Shown piece after piece: positions 39,200-51,955 of a stretch of DNA of 64,000 nt (within the stretch, counting starts at the first letter, position 1; each line of letters begins with the position of its first letter). This DNA comes from Octopus sinensis (taxonomy: Eukaryota). The notes under the pieces are model-generated. The model saw nothing but the letters and a program-made list of their open reading frames with translations. It was not told the origin of the DNA and did not search any database. The stretch is from positions 9,547,360-9,611,359 of the forward strand of contig NC_043019.1 of assembly GCF_006345805.1 (NCBI RefSeq), read 5' to 3'. A program made the position numbers and the translations under genes.

Positions 39200-40010
39200 C
39201 TCAAATTGAAAGTGAATGGTTTGCCAAGGTGTGGCTGTGTGTTGTTGAAGTTGAGGGTAGGGGTGATGTTGTTATGGTAGTTGTAATAGTGTTAATAGTA
39301 GTATTGCTTAGTGTTTCTATGGCAGTGATTGTTGATGTGGTAGTGGTGAAAATGTTGTGAGTGGCAGTGTTGTTAAAGTGGGTAGCAGGTATTGTTGATG
39401 ATGTGTAGGAGTGATAATGTTGTTAAAGGAGCTATTACTATGTGGTAGATGTTGTTGGTGATGTAGTAGTGGTGATAATGTTAATACTTCTATTTCTGTA
39501 TTAGTGGTGGTGATTTTTTAGAACTGTGGTAGTTTTCATAATGTTAATAGCAGTGTTGCTATGGTGGTGATAGTAGTGATAATATTGTTAATAGCTGTGC
39601 CACAGAATGTGAAGTGGAGATTGTAATTGGTGTGATAGTGGTGATAACATTGTTAATAATAATGTTTCCTACAGGGGATGAGGGGGTAATCCTCATGGTG
39701 ATAGTTTTGGTAGTGTCTCCGGACAAAAATTTTGAAGATGGCTGTGATGATGACGATGATGATGATGATCTTTTTCTTATGGTTCACAAATAATGTGTGA
39801 GAATAATTGATGGTGGTAATGGTGATGTTCAGAAGGTGATTATGGATAAGTTTTCTGATGACAGGACAAGAGGGGATGACTATTTCAGTGTGGTTGTAAC
39901 AATGGTAATGGTGAATGCAGCAATGGTGTTCTTTTTGAAAATGATAAACATGGGTGGTTGGGCAATTCAGTTACTGTACATGCTGGTAGTGATGATGGTG
40001 CTTTAATAAA
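39200..40010. repeat. Degenerate (GTG/GAT/GTA)n low-complexity tract
   Basis: Direct: repeated gtggtgat/agtggtg motifs with strong G+T strand bias. Confidence 0.7.
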
Positions 40011-40266
40011 GGTTTGAGAAAAGGGATAAATAATCTTTGTACGATTTCCCACATCATATCCAATCTGATCGGTTTTTTTTTGTGTGTGTGTGCATTTATT
40101 TATCTCCATGCATGCTTCTTGAAGAACAGTTACAGAATACCATATATATTAGTTTGGGTTACCTTGACCTAAACTTCTCATCTTCTGTACGTATGTATGT
40201 AAGTATGTATGTATGTATGTATGTATGTATGTATGTATGTATGTAGTATGTATGTATGTATGTATG

Positions 40267-40325
<59 letters not shown>

Positions 40326-40445
40326 ACATACATACAAACACACACACACGCACACACACGTGCGCACATCCTACATTCAGTCAAATGATATCTTCCAATT
40401 CTACATCATTCATCACTTCTCCAACAAATAATTAAAGAATCACAA

Positions 40446-40879
40446 ATCATCAACAGCCAAAGACCACTGCCAAATTTCAAAAGACTTCTAACTAAAGCAA
40501 GATTCACATTGGAGAAAGAAATAATACAAGTAACAAACTATGGAAAAACTTGTTGTGGGACACGTAAGATAATTGAACAAGGAACAATTAAAAGTGAATG
40601 CCAACATGAATTACACAGTAAAAAAATATCATCTACTCCATCACATGCCCATGATGCAATGAGAATTACATTGGAGAAACAGAGACTAAACTAAATGTGT
40701 CATATAAATGTGGATAAATATTAAAGATTCATCCGTTAGAAACATTCATATTGTAAACATCTAGACATTTGTGCAAATGGAAAATTCAAAATAGTCCGCT
40801 TTCACAAAATAAAAGATGACATACCATAAAAGAGGAATACTTCACAAGAATTCTAAATCCAAAACTAAACCAGAAATAG
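40446..40879 (+). pseudogene. Penelope-like element linker + GIY-YIG endonuclease, decayed
   Basis: Manual translation gives IINSQRPLPNFKRLLTKARFT...TCCGT; after a frameshift NIIYSITCP*CNENYIGET (40625-40681, the GIY/YIG motifs); then CKHLDICANGKFKI and KEEYFTRILNPKLN (ends 40879). The order matches PLE C-termini. Confidence 0.8.
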
Positions 40880-41254
40880 TCAACATTTAGAATAGACCAC
40901 AATTTAAAGAGGACAGATGAGGAGAGAGAGAAGGTGGACAAGGGAGGAGAAGAAAGAGACAGATCGAGGGGAGTGGAGGTAAGAGATGTAGAGAAACGTA
41001 GGAGAGGGGGACGGATGAAGAGAGAAAGAAAGAAAGAAGGAGAATAAGGGAGGAGGAGGAGGAGAGAGAGAGAAAGAGACAGATGAAGAGTCGTATCAAT
41101 GTTAGAGAAAAAAATACTTAACGTATAAGGACAGAGGTGTGGATACAAAGCCGCCATTATATATGTAAACAGTAAAAAATAAATACAAACTAGGACAAGA
41201 ACGTGAAACACCAAGGAGATGACACAAGAACCCCAGGACGGGACATATATTCTT

Positions 41255-41520
41255 TCATTTGTTTCAATCATTTGACTGCAGCCATGCTGGAGTACTGCCT
41301 TTGGTTGAACAAATCAACCCCAGGACTTATTCTTTGTAAGCCTAGTACTTATTCTATTGGTCTCTTTTGCCAAACTGCTTAGTTATGGGGACGTAAACAC
41401 ACCAACACTCACAAGGCTTTGGTCAGCCCAAGACTGTAATGGAAAACACTTGAAGTCAACTAGGAACCATGTGGTTGGAAAGCAAGCTACTTATCACACA
41501 ACCCCTCCTGCACCTATATG
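41255..41520 (-). mobile_element. SINE family A (internally deleted)
   Basis: ttgtttcaatcatttgactgcagccatgctggag...ggaaccatgtggttggaaagcaagctac. Confidence 0.8.
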
Positions 41521-41765
41521 TATATATATACAATTTATGTAGAACTTTTTTAGTTTGTTCAACTGATTGAAGAGGGAGACCATTAAGTGCAAATAGCACA
41601 AGAAAAAACCATCTGCCAGAGTACTAAATGTAGCTCTTTATAAAGACCGTAACAACAGATTCCACAATAGCTAAATATTTTATATATTTTAATATCATTT
41701 AAAAAAATTAAGTAGGACTATATTTTTTTTACATTCTTATTATATTATTAACATATTTATATATA

Positions 41766-41798
<33 letters not shown>

Positions 41799-41929
41799 AA
41801 TTTTTAATGTATTTTAATATATTTTAAGTATGTTTATATATCTGCATATTTTTAGCACATGATTTGATGCATGTAATGATTTCACAAAAAATATATTTTG
41901 GTAATCTAACTTTTGTCTCCCTTCATTAT

Positions 41930-42035
41930 TTGTACTATATACATACATACATACATACATATGTATGTACATATATATGTATGTATATATATATGTATGT
42001 ATATATATATATATATGTATGTATATATGTATGCG

Positions 42036-42072
<37 letters not shown>

Positions 42073-42213
42073 GTATATATATATATGTATGTATATATGT
42101 ATGCGTATATATATATTATATATATATGTATATATATGTATGTATATATATATGTATGTATATATATATATGTATGTAATATATATATATGTATGTATAT
42201 ATGTATGTGTATT

Positions 42214-42246
<33 letters not shown>

Positions 42247-42270
42247 ATGTATGTATATATATGTATGTAT
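41930..42270. repeat. (TA)n/(TATG)n microsatellite
   Basis: Direct. Confidence 0.95.
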
Positions 42271-43552
42271 CATCATCATCATCATCATCATCATCATTTA
42301 ACGTCCGCTTTCCATGCTAGCATGGGTTGGACGGTTCAACTGGGGTCTGGGGAGCCCGAAAGCTGCACCAGTCCAGTCAGATCTGGCAGTGTTTCTACAG
42401 CTGGATGCCCTTCCTAACGCCAACCACTCCGAGAGTGTAGTGGGTGATTTTATGTGCCACCGACACAGGTGCCAGACGAGGCTGGCAAACGGCCACGCTC
42501 GGATGGTGTTTTTATGTGCCACCGACACAGGTGCCAGACGAGGCTGGCAGACGGCCACGCTCAGATGGTGTTTTTATGTGCCACCGACACAGGTGCCAGA
42601 CGAGGCTGGCAGACGGCCACGCTCGGATGTGTTTTTATGTGCCACCGACACAGGTGCCAGACGAGGCTGGCAGACGGCCACGCTCGGATGTGTTTTTATG
42701 TGCCACCGACACAGGTGCCAGATGAGGCTGGCAAACGGCCACGATCGGATGGTGCTTGTTACGTGCCCACAGCACGGAGGCCAGTCGATGCGGTACTGGC
42801 TACGGCCACGTTCGGATGGTTTTCTTATGTGCCACGTGCCACCGGCACTGGTACCACAAAGATACAAATTCCATTGATGTTCATCTATTTTGATTTGTTT
42901 TGATTTGATTTGATTTTCACTTGCCTCAACAGGTCTTCACAAGTGTCACAAGAAGGAAGGTATGCACAGGTGGACTGACTACGTCCCAGGTAGGGGCCAT
43001 GGGTTATGGCCTGACTAGTCTTGCGGGTCTTCGGATGGTGTTTTTATGTGCCACCGACACAGGTGCTAGATGAGGCTGGCGAACGGCCACGATCGGATGG
43101 TGTTTGTCATGTGCCCACCGCACTGACTACGGCACTGATGGATTTCTTGTGTGCCACAGGCACTGGTACCACAAGATACAAATTCCATTGATGTTCATCT
43201 ATTTTGTCTATTTTGATTTGATTTGATTTGATTTGATTTGATTTTCACTTGCCTCAACCAGTCTTCACAAGTGTCACAAGAAGGGAGGTATGCACAGGTG
43301 GACTGACTAGTCTTGCCGGGTCTTCGGAAGGTGTTTTTATGTGCCACCGACACAGGTGCCAGATGAGGCTGGCGAACGGCCATGATCGGATGGTGTTTGT
43401 TACGTGCCCACAGCACGGAAGCCGGTCGATGCGGAACTGGCTACGGCCACGTTCGGATGGTTCTCATGTGTGCCACCGGCACTGGTACCACAAAGTGTGT
43501 GCCACCGGCACTGGTACCACAAAGATACAGATTCCATTGATGTTCATCTATT
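42271..43552 (-). mobile_element. RTE type A 3'UTR with a 61-62 bp VNTR and higher-order tandem duplication
   Basis: Five units start at 42451, 42513, 42575, 42636 and 42697. Larger blocks start at 42697 (348 bp), 43045 (293 bp) and 43338 (partial). The first two blocks end in gactagtcttgc(c)gggtcttc, which matches the RTE ORF terminus in antisense (cf. 37085). Confidence 0.85.
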
Positions 43553-43597
43553 ATATGTATGTATATATATGTATATATATATGTATATATATGTATG

Positions 43598-43628
<31 letters not shown>

Positions 43629-43753
43629 ACATATATATAAATCTAAATGATAAGGGTGAAAAATTGAATATTTATTTGATTAGTATCAATTTAAAACCAA
43701 TGGCCTAGCATATTGAAAAAAATCTGAAGATTCAGAAAAATTATATGACATAC

Positions 43754-43983
43754 ATATAAGAGGGATGACCATTAAGTGAACATCCAATATGCTAGATGTA
43801 GACCCCATATGGTCTGACCACTAAGAAAAGATTGTTCTCAAGAAAATTCAGCAAATGCCAGAACGTAAGCGAGCAAGACAAATGAAAAGATACAAAATAT
43901 AGAGATTAGTCACCACATACCAGATGATCAGACTATATGGGGTCTACATCTACCATATTGGATGTCCACTTAGTGGTCATCCC

Positions 43984-43991
<8 letters not shown>
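43754..43991. mobile_element. MITE with 64-bp TIRs
   Basis: 43754-43817 vs the reverse complement of 43928-43991: 59/64 identical, 110-bp spacer. A related arm fragment sits at ~41575. Confidence 0.85.
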
Positions 43992-44022
<31 letters not shown>

Positions 44023-44280
44023 GTAAATGATCCACATGCACTTGAGCAAACTGAGTCCTCAACTTGTTCTATTTACCAAAATGTTTGCAAGTCACCCGCA
44101 GGCCCCAAGAGACATTCTTGTGCTCATAGAACATGATTGCCACTTTATTTTACCAAAACCTCATTTGACATTCACGATGAGAGAAGCCATCATATATGTG
44201 TATATACATACACACATATATATATATATATATATACACATGTATATATATATATTTATATTAAGGGCATTACTATACAT

Positions 44281-44635
44281 GCGCATGGCTCAGTGAAGGC
44301 GCATGGCTCAGTGGTTAGAGCGTCGAGCTTACGATCGTGAGGTTGTGAGCTCGAATCCCGGACCGGGCTGCGTGTTGTGTTCTCGAGCAAGGCACTTTAT
44401 TTCACGTTGCTCCAGTTCACTCAGCTGTAGAAATGAGTTGCGACGTCACTGGTGCCAAGCTGTATCGACCTTTGTCTTTCCCTTGGATAACACTGGTGGC
44501 GTGGAGAGGGGAGGCTGGTATGCATGGGCGACTGCTGGCCTTCCATAAAAACAACCTTGCCCAGACTTGTGTCTAGGAGGGTAACTTTCTAGGTGCAATC
44601 CCATGGTCATTCATGACCGAAGGGGGTCTTTACCC
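44281..44635 (+). mobile_element. Young tRNA-derived SINE (family C) with 11-bp TSD
   Basis: A box TGGCTCAGTGG, B-box-like GCTCGAATCC, and gagcaaggcactttatttcac core. TTACTATACAT at 44270-44280 and 44636-44646. Many CpGs retained. Confidence 0.92.
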
Positions 44636-46159
44636 TTACTATACATAAATGCCTCACACTACGAGGGACTCTTAAAGTCAAAACTACCATAATAAACACA
44701 TTGTACTGAGCACGAGTGAATGCAACTCTCAAAGCAAGCTCCTTAGAACAGAATCTGGTTTTAAGGAGCTCGCTTCAAGAGTTGCATTCCCACAACAACA
44801 AACTCACTCACACACACACATACACGCACATCTGTGAAAATAGTTATGCTGATAATTAGTTTATATAAGACATACGAAGATACACACACAGGTTAGCAAT
44901 ATAGTGTATATATATCCAACCAGTATGTAAACTTGTATGTGTGTGCATGTGCGTCTAAAACATCTATTGTATGTTCATGATCCTTATGTCATAAATTACA
45001 GAAATTATTAGTCAACCATTCAAGTGGGGTATGCATTTCAAAATAAATTGTCTTCCTTTCATTATCTATTGTTGTTCTGCAGTTGAATCTGAGCATTTGT
45101 AAATTGGAAATATTTCAAAATTCAGCTGTACCATTCCAGTACATGTTGCTGCTCTCTGTTCATTTAATGCAGTTTCCCTGATTTTTTTTTCCCTATTATT
45201 TGTCTGTTGTTTATGTAGCCTTATTCTCTTGCATAGTGATAATACAGTTTACCCAAAATAGATTTCCAAACACCCACAGCATGCTGTGACATAAATCAGA
45301 TTTTAGGAATTTAAAGGGAAGTTTTCTTCTATCTCTTCTGGCCCTTTCTTTCATACTTTAACCTCTCATCACCTACAAAGCCATCTCTCTCTCTCTAATT
45401 CGGTTCCTCTCAGTCTAAGAAGTCTTAGACTTGTGAACTATGTGGCAGCCTCACAAGTACTGGTACCATGAAAAATTGTACCCAGTACATTCTGTAAAAT
45501 CGCTGGCATTAGAAGAGACACAGGTATCAAGTGACAACAGACACAAGAGCAAAACGCAAACAGTGGACCCATTGGATCCGATTAAATAATTCAACTCATT
45601 CAGCATAGAAGCAGGGTGTTAAATGATGATGATAAGGATTATACTTTCATATATTTTTGCACATTTGTGTGTGTGTGATGGAGAGGGGAGGGGGAGAGAG
45701 AGATATCATCATTATCATTTTAACATCTACTTTTCCATTCTTGCAATGGTTCAGATAGGGGCAGAGTTTCTATGGCCAGATCCCCTTGATGGCATCAACT
45801 CCCACTAGTATCCAAGTGAGATAATAATCTAGTTTGTTGAATGACAAACAACTTGGACATGCTGAGGTAGATAATTGGAAACAAATGGCACCAAAATGAA
45901 GTATTTGTTTATAAAAATTGTGCAACATGTCAAAGCATGTCAAGTAAACCAGATATGTTTTTATAATGAACTGCAAGCAAATGACACTGTTAGCAATTCC
46001 ATTGTTTACAACTGGTAATCAAGTGGCATAAGAAATCATTCATGCAAACACACAGGCACAAACACTCATACATACACCAAGACATAAGCATATATAACAG
46101 GCCTCTTTCTGTTTTTGTCACTCAAAGGATTTGCATATTGAGTTGTAATAAAAGACACA

Positions 46160-46485
46160 TGCATATATATTATATATATGTATATATATATATATTGATA
46201 TATATATATATAATATATATATATGTATATATTATATATATCTATATATATATATATATGTATGTATATATAATATGTATGATATATATATGTATGTATA
46301 TATATATGTATGTATATATATATGTATGTATATATATATGTATGTATATATGTATGTATATATATGTGTATATATATGTATGTATATATATATGTATGTA
46401 TATATATATGTATGTATATATATATATATGTATATATATATATGTATATGTATATATGTATAGTATATATATATATATGTATATG

Positions 46486-46516
<31 letters not shown>

Positions 46517-46570
46517 GTATATGTATATGTATATATATGTATATATGTATATATATATATGTATATATGT

Positions 46571-46628
<58 letters not shown>

Positions 46629-46717
46629 ATATATAATATATGTATATATATATATATTATGTATATATATATATGTATATATATATGTATGTATATATAT
46701 ATGTATATATATATATG

Positions 46718-46750
<33 letters not shown>

Positions 46751-46800
46751 ATATATATGTATATATAATGTATATATATATGTATATGTATATATATATG

Positions 46801-46849
<49 letters not shown>

Positions 46850-46937
46850 GTATATATATTATGTATATATATATATGTATATGTATATATATATATGTAT
46901 ATATATATATGTATATGTATATATATATATGTATATA

Positions 46938-46968
<31 letters not shown>

Positions 46969-46990
46969 GTATATGTATATATATATATAA
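46160..46990. repeat. ~830-bp (TA)n/(TATG)n compound microsatellite
   Basis: Direct. It produces the 343-aa pseudo-ORF at 46042-47073. Confidence 0.97.
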
Positions 46991-47690
46991 TGTGTGCATA
47001 TGTAGGTTTGAGTACTCATATTAGAAAGTCTTTTGTGGGGATTTTAATCAGAAATAGGGACACTTTTAGATAATTTCCAGAGTACTTGTTTTTGTTGTAA
47101 AGTGTAAAGCTATAAATGTGTTTGTTTAACTTCATATTATTGGGATGGTTTATGGGTGTAGATGGATGGAGGGGAGTTGGTGTGATAGCAACAAGTTTAA
47201 CTATTGGAGAAGGTTACTGGTTTGAAATGTTTTAATGTTTTTAAGATTTTGTACTTGCATGAAGATACTAGTTCAGAGTTTTTGTTTAGAATTTGGTCCA
47301 TGAATGTTAGAATGTGGTAGGATTTATTTGTACAAAGTTGGCAGTGTTTGTTGTTAGTTTTCTCATGACTGTTATATTTTATAATATGCTGTGTACATTA
47401 GTAGTAAACATATATAATTACATATTATGTACAAATTATATATCATCATCATCATCATCATCATTTAACGTCTGTTTTCCATGCTGGTATGGGTTGGATA
47501 GCTTGACAGGATGTAGCTAGGCAGAAGACTGCACCAGGCTTCACTATCTCTTTTAACAATGTTTTTACAGCTGGATGCCCTTCTTAACACCAAGCACTAC
47601 ACACACACACACACACACATATATATCTGTGTGTATATAGATATATAAACATATAGATATGTCTGTATATCTAGTTTTTATATGTGAAAG

Positions 47691-48625
47691 GTGCACAGGA
47701 TCCATAAAAACTTTAAAGACAGGAAAATTGTTCTTCTCAAATGCCCTGGTGGCTCATTAGAGGTAGTAGATAATTTCTGCTACCTAGGAGATGAAATTAG
47801 TTATTGGGGAGGATGCATGGAGAGTGTAATAGCTAGAATAAGGACAGGATGGAGGAAATTCAGAGAGCTGTTACCTCTGTTGGCCATGAAAGGTTTCTCT
47901 TTCCAAGTGAAAGGAAGATTGTATGATGCATGTATAGAGACAACAATTCTACATAATAGTGACATGTGGGCCCTGAATGCAGTGGGCATGCAAAGGTTAG
48001 TAAGGAATAAGACTGGTATGATCTGCTGGATGTGTTATATGGGTGTACATGTTCAACAGAGTGCCAGTGTTTTGAGAGAGAAGTTAGGAATAAGAAGAAT
48101 TAGTTGCTGTATGCAAGAGAAAAGACTGCACTGGTTTGGTCATGTAATGTGGATGGATGCCAACAACTTCATAAAGAAGTGCTGACCTTTCAAAGTAGAT
48201 GGAACATGTGGAAGTGGGAGATCGAGGAAGACTTAGGACGAAGTACTGAAGAACGACTCATGATGCTGAACCATTGAAGCAAGATGACAAAGGATAGGAC
48301 AGGAACACAGGTCTTCTTGAACAGCAAGGCACCAGATACCTAACACCTTGCTGTACTCAGGAAGATTCATGCTCCATAGCAGAAGTCTTAAGCCTGGGCC
48401 CTCTGGTGGTGTAAAGCACTCATAGCAGTGGCACAATGAAGCATCTGTGTGGTTCCACATAAAAGTGCACTATGTAAAGTGCTTGGCATTAGGAAGGGCA
48501 GCCAGCTGTTTGAGCCATGCCAAAACGGACTAGAGTTTGGTGAAGCTCCCTAGCTTGCCAACCGTGGTCAAACTGTCCAAGTCATACCAACATGGACAAC
48601 AGATGTTAAATGATGATGATGACAG
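47691..48625 (+). mobile_element. RTE LINE 3' fragment with (GAT)n tail
   Basis: ORF 47691-48185 LEVVDNFCYLGD...RIRTGWRKFRELLPLL...LHWFGHVMWMD. Tail module at 48480-48625. Confidence 0.9.
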
Positions 48626-48673
48626 TGATGATTAGACATGGCCTGGGCCAATACTGGCCAAAACTTTTCTAAG

Positions 48674-48718
<45 letters not shown>

Positions 48719-48720
<2 letters not shown>

Positions 48721-49770
48721 CGTTGGAGCGGGTGTGTGGTAAGTAGCTTGCTTATGAACTACATGGTTCCGGGTTCAGTCCCACTGCATGGCACCTTGGG
48801 CAAATGTCTTCTACTATAGCCTCAGGCCGACCAAAGCATTGTGAGTGGATTTGGTAGACGGAAACTGAAAGAAGCCCGTCGTATATATGTATACTCTTTA
48901 CTCTTTTACTCTTTTACTTGTTTCAGTCATTTGACTGCGGCCATGCTGGAGCACCACCTTTTAGTACTTATTCTATCGGTCTCTTTTTGCCGAACCGCTA
49001 AGTGACGGGGACCTAACACACCAGCATCGGTTGTCAAGCAATGCTAGGGGGACAAACACAGACACACAAACACACACACAATACATATATATACATATAC
49101 GACAGGCTTCTTTCAGTTTCCGTCTACCAAATCACTCACAAGGCATTGGTCGGCCCGGGGCTATAGCAGAAGACACTTGCCCAAGATGCCACGCAGTGGG
49201 ACTGAACCCGCAACCATCTATATATATGTATATATATATATGCATCATCATCATCATCATCATCGTTTAACGTCCACTTTCCATGCTAGCATGGGTTGGA
49301 CGATTTTGACTAAGGGCTGGCAAACCAGATGGCTGCACCAGGCTCCAATCTTGATCTGGCAGAGTTTCTACAGCTGGATGCCCTTCCTAACACCAAACAC
49401 TCTGAGAGTGTAGTGGGTGCTTTTTACGTGCCACCAGCACGGGGGCCAGTCAGGCGGTACTGGCAACAACCTCGCTCGGATCCCTTTATACATGCAAGTG
49501 AAGCGACGTTGCTAACGATCACGCTTGAATGGTGCCCTATGTATGTATGTGGGTGGGTATGTTTGTGTGTCTGTGTTTGTACCCCCAACATCACTTGACA
49601 ACTGATACTGGTGTGTTTATGTCTCCGTAACTTAGCGGTTTGGCAAAAGAGACCGATAGAATAAGTACTAGGCTTAAAAAGAATAAGTCCTGGGGTCGAT
49701 TTGCTTGACTAAAGGCGGTGCTCCTGCATGGCCACAGTCAAATGACTGAACCAAGTAAAAGAGTAAAGAG
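48719..49770 (+). mobile_element. SINE family A split by two nested minus-strand insertions
   Basis: Head at 48719-48892 and tail at 49538-49770. Inserted SINE A (-) at 48894-49217 and (GAT)n-tailed element (-) at 49243-49537. Confidence 0.8.
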
Positions 49771-50045
49771 TAAATATATATATATATTTACACACACACA
49801 CACACACACATATATACATATGCACATACACACACATATATACACATGCACATACACACACAAACACCCATGCCAACATAGAAACTGTGTGTTAAATGAT
49901 GATGACAATAATGAACGTTCATATATATGATTGTGTGTGTGTGCGTGTGTGTGTGTTAGGTTGTCGAATCCTCATACATCAAAACCAATGGGAGAGTCCA
50001 TTGCACACACACACACACACATATATATGTATGTATATATATATA

Positions 50046-50093
<48 letters not shown>

Positions 50094-50138
50094 TGTATTT
50101 ATATATGCATGTATTTATATATGTATGTATTTCATAAT

Positions 50139-50370
50139 CATCATCATCATCGTTTAACGTCCGTTTTCCGCGCTAGCACGGGTTGGACGGTTTCGACCGG
50201 GGTCTGGAGAGCTCGGGACTGCCCCAGGCTCCAGTCTAGTCTGGCAGTGTTTCTACAGCTGGATGCCCTTCCTAACGCCAACCACTCCGCGAGTGTAGTG
50301 GGTGTTTTTTACGTGCCACCTGCACAGGTGCCAGAGGGGTCTGGCATCGGCCACGTTCGGATGGTGCTTA
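50139..50370 (-). mobile_element. Young (GAT)n-tailed type A end
   Basis: cgtttaacgtccgttttccgcgctagcacgggttggacgg..., CpG-rich. Confidence 0.85.
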
Positions 50371-50432
50371 TGTATATATATATGTATGTATATATATATC
50401 TGTGTATATATATATATATGTTCATGTATATA

Positions 50433-50485
<53 letters not shown>

Positions 50486-50605
50486 TATATATAATATATA
50501 TAATATATATATATATAATATATATATATAATATATATATATGTATGTATGTATATATGTATGTATGTATGTATATATGTATGTATGTATGTATATATAT
50601 ATGTA

Positions 50606-51819
50606 TCATCATCATCATTATCATTTAACGTCCATGTTCCATGCTAACATGGGTGGGACTGTACTACAAGAGCTGGCCAGGCTGAAGCCTGCACCAGACC
50701 TCTGTGACTGTTTTGGCAAGATGTTTACAGCTGGATGCCTTTCCTAACACCAACCACTTTACAGTGTGGAATGGATGCTTTTAAGTAGTACTTGCACTGA
50801 TAGGGTCACCAAGTACTTGCAAGACAAAACTTTTAAGAGGTGAGGTGTGCATTGGAGGAGGTGATGATGAAAAGGTTATAGTGAGATAGGTATAGGTGTC
50901 TTGCTGATGAGGAAGTACAAGGTTACCCAGCCAGAGAGAGAAAGATCAGGAATGAAGACAGAAACAGATGTGCTGACACAAAGAAAATATACAGTTGCCC
51001 AACCTGATGGAAATGCAGGAGAAGGAAAGAGAGAGTGAGTAGGAGACTGCAAGATGGAGGTGGTAGCAAAATGCCGGGCATTTTGACAAGGAACAGGGAT
51101 CAGAGTATAAATGAGATGGTTGAGTAAAGGAAGAGAGAGAGAAATAGATAGTGGGAACTGCCAGGGCATACCCTTGAGTTTCAGATGCCATAATATAAGT
51201 GACAGGATATTGTGAAGGGAGGGCAATTAAAGAGTGTAAGTAGTGCAAGACCTGGGTATATATAGAGTTGGAGGAGCTACCAGATAGCAATGATATAGAG
51301 GAACAGGTGTGTGAGGACAGGATTGGGGAGTGAGAGCTAGGCAAGGAGTAAGAGGTAAGCATAGTGAATGAAGAAGGAAATGCAAGAGATGTAAATAGGT
51401 TTGTTAAGGTAGGGTGAGGGAAAAGTTTTCTTGTTGCATGTGGGTTGAACACCCAGGTGAGGGGCTAGCAGATGGCAATAATGGAATGAGACAAGGCATG
51501 TAGGTAGAACACATAGGTCAGGGCAAGCAGAGAGCAATGATACAGTGGCACCAGACCAAGAGGACAAGATTGGGCAAAGGGAGGTAATCATAGTACATGA
51601 AGCAGAAATGTGAGAAAGAGAAGGGATGTAGAGATGCAGTTTGGTTTGTTATGGAAGAGTGTGTGAGAAGTTTTCTACACAGCACTTCTACAACTCAGTT
51701 TCACTGATGTTGGTGAGTCTTCTTAAGAACTTGGTATTGCCAAACAACTTGGTCCATGGTAATTTCCTCCATGAGGTCCAACTTCCTGATATCAGTCTTA
51801 CAACTTCATCCCATGTCTT

Positions 51820-51820
<1 letters not shown>
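50606..51820 (-). mobile_element. RTE 3' end with long type B 3'UTR
   Basis: Same order as 3959-5600. Minus frame KTWDEVVR at ~51810. Confidence 0.7.
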
Positions 51821-51904
<84 letters not shown>

Positions 51905-51905
51905 C

Positions 51906-51955
51906 ATGCAAATAAGTAACAAGGATATCCAGGCATCCTTGTTACTTATTTGCAT
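51906..51955. repeat. Perfect 21-bp hairpin with 8-nt loop
   Basis: atgcaaataagtaacaaggat-atccaggc-atccttgttacttatttgcat. Confidence 0.9.

Noticed and set aside
42451-42755. CRISPR-like appearance of the regular 61-62 bp array
   Set aside because: Units are repeated along their whole length with no unique spacers, there are no cas genes, and the context is a eukaryotic LINE UTR.
42314-42903. Long ORFs (187 and 149 aa) with repeated peptides
   Set aside because: They are by-products of the GC-rich VNTR being open in several frames on both strands.
44299-44370. tRNA gene
   Set aside because: A and B boxes are present, but there is no acceptor-stem pairing. It continues into a SINE body bounded by a TSD.
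46042-47073. 343-aa ORF, and all other IY/VC/HT/MY-repeat ORFs
   Set aside because: They are translations of (TA)n, (TG)n and (TATG)n tracts, which contain no stop codons in these frames.
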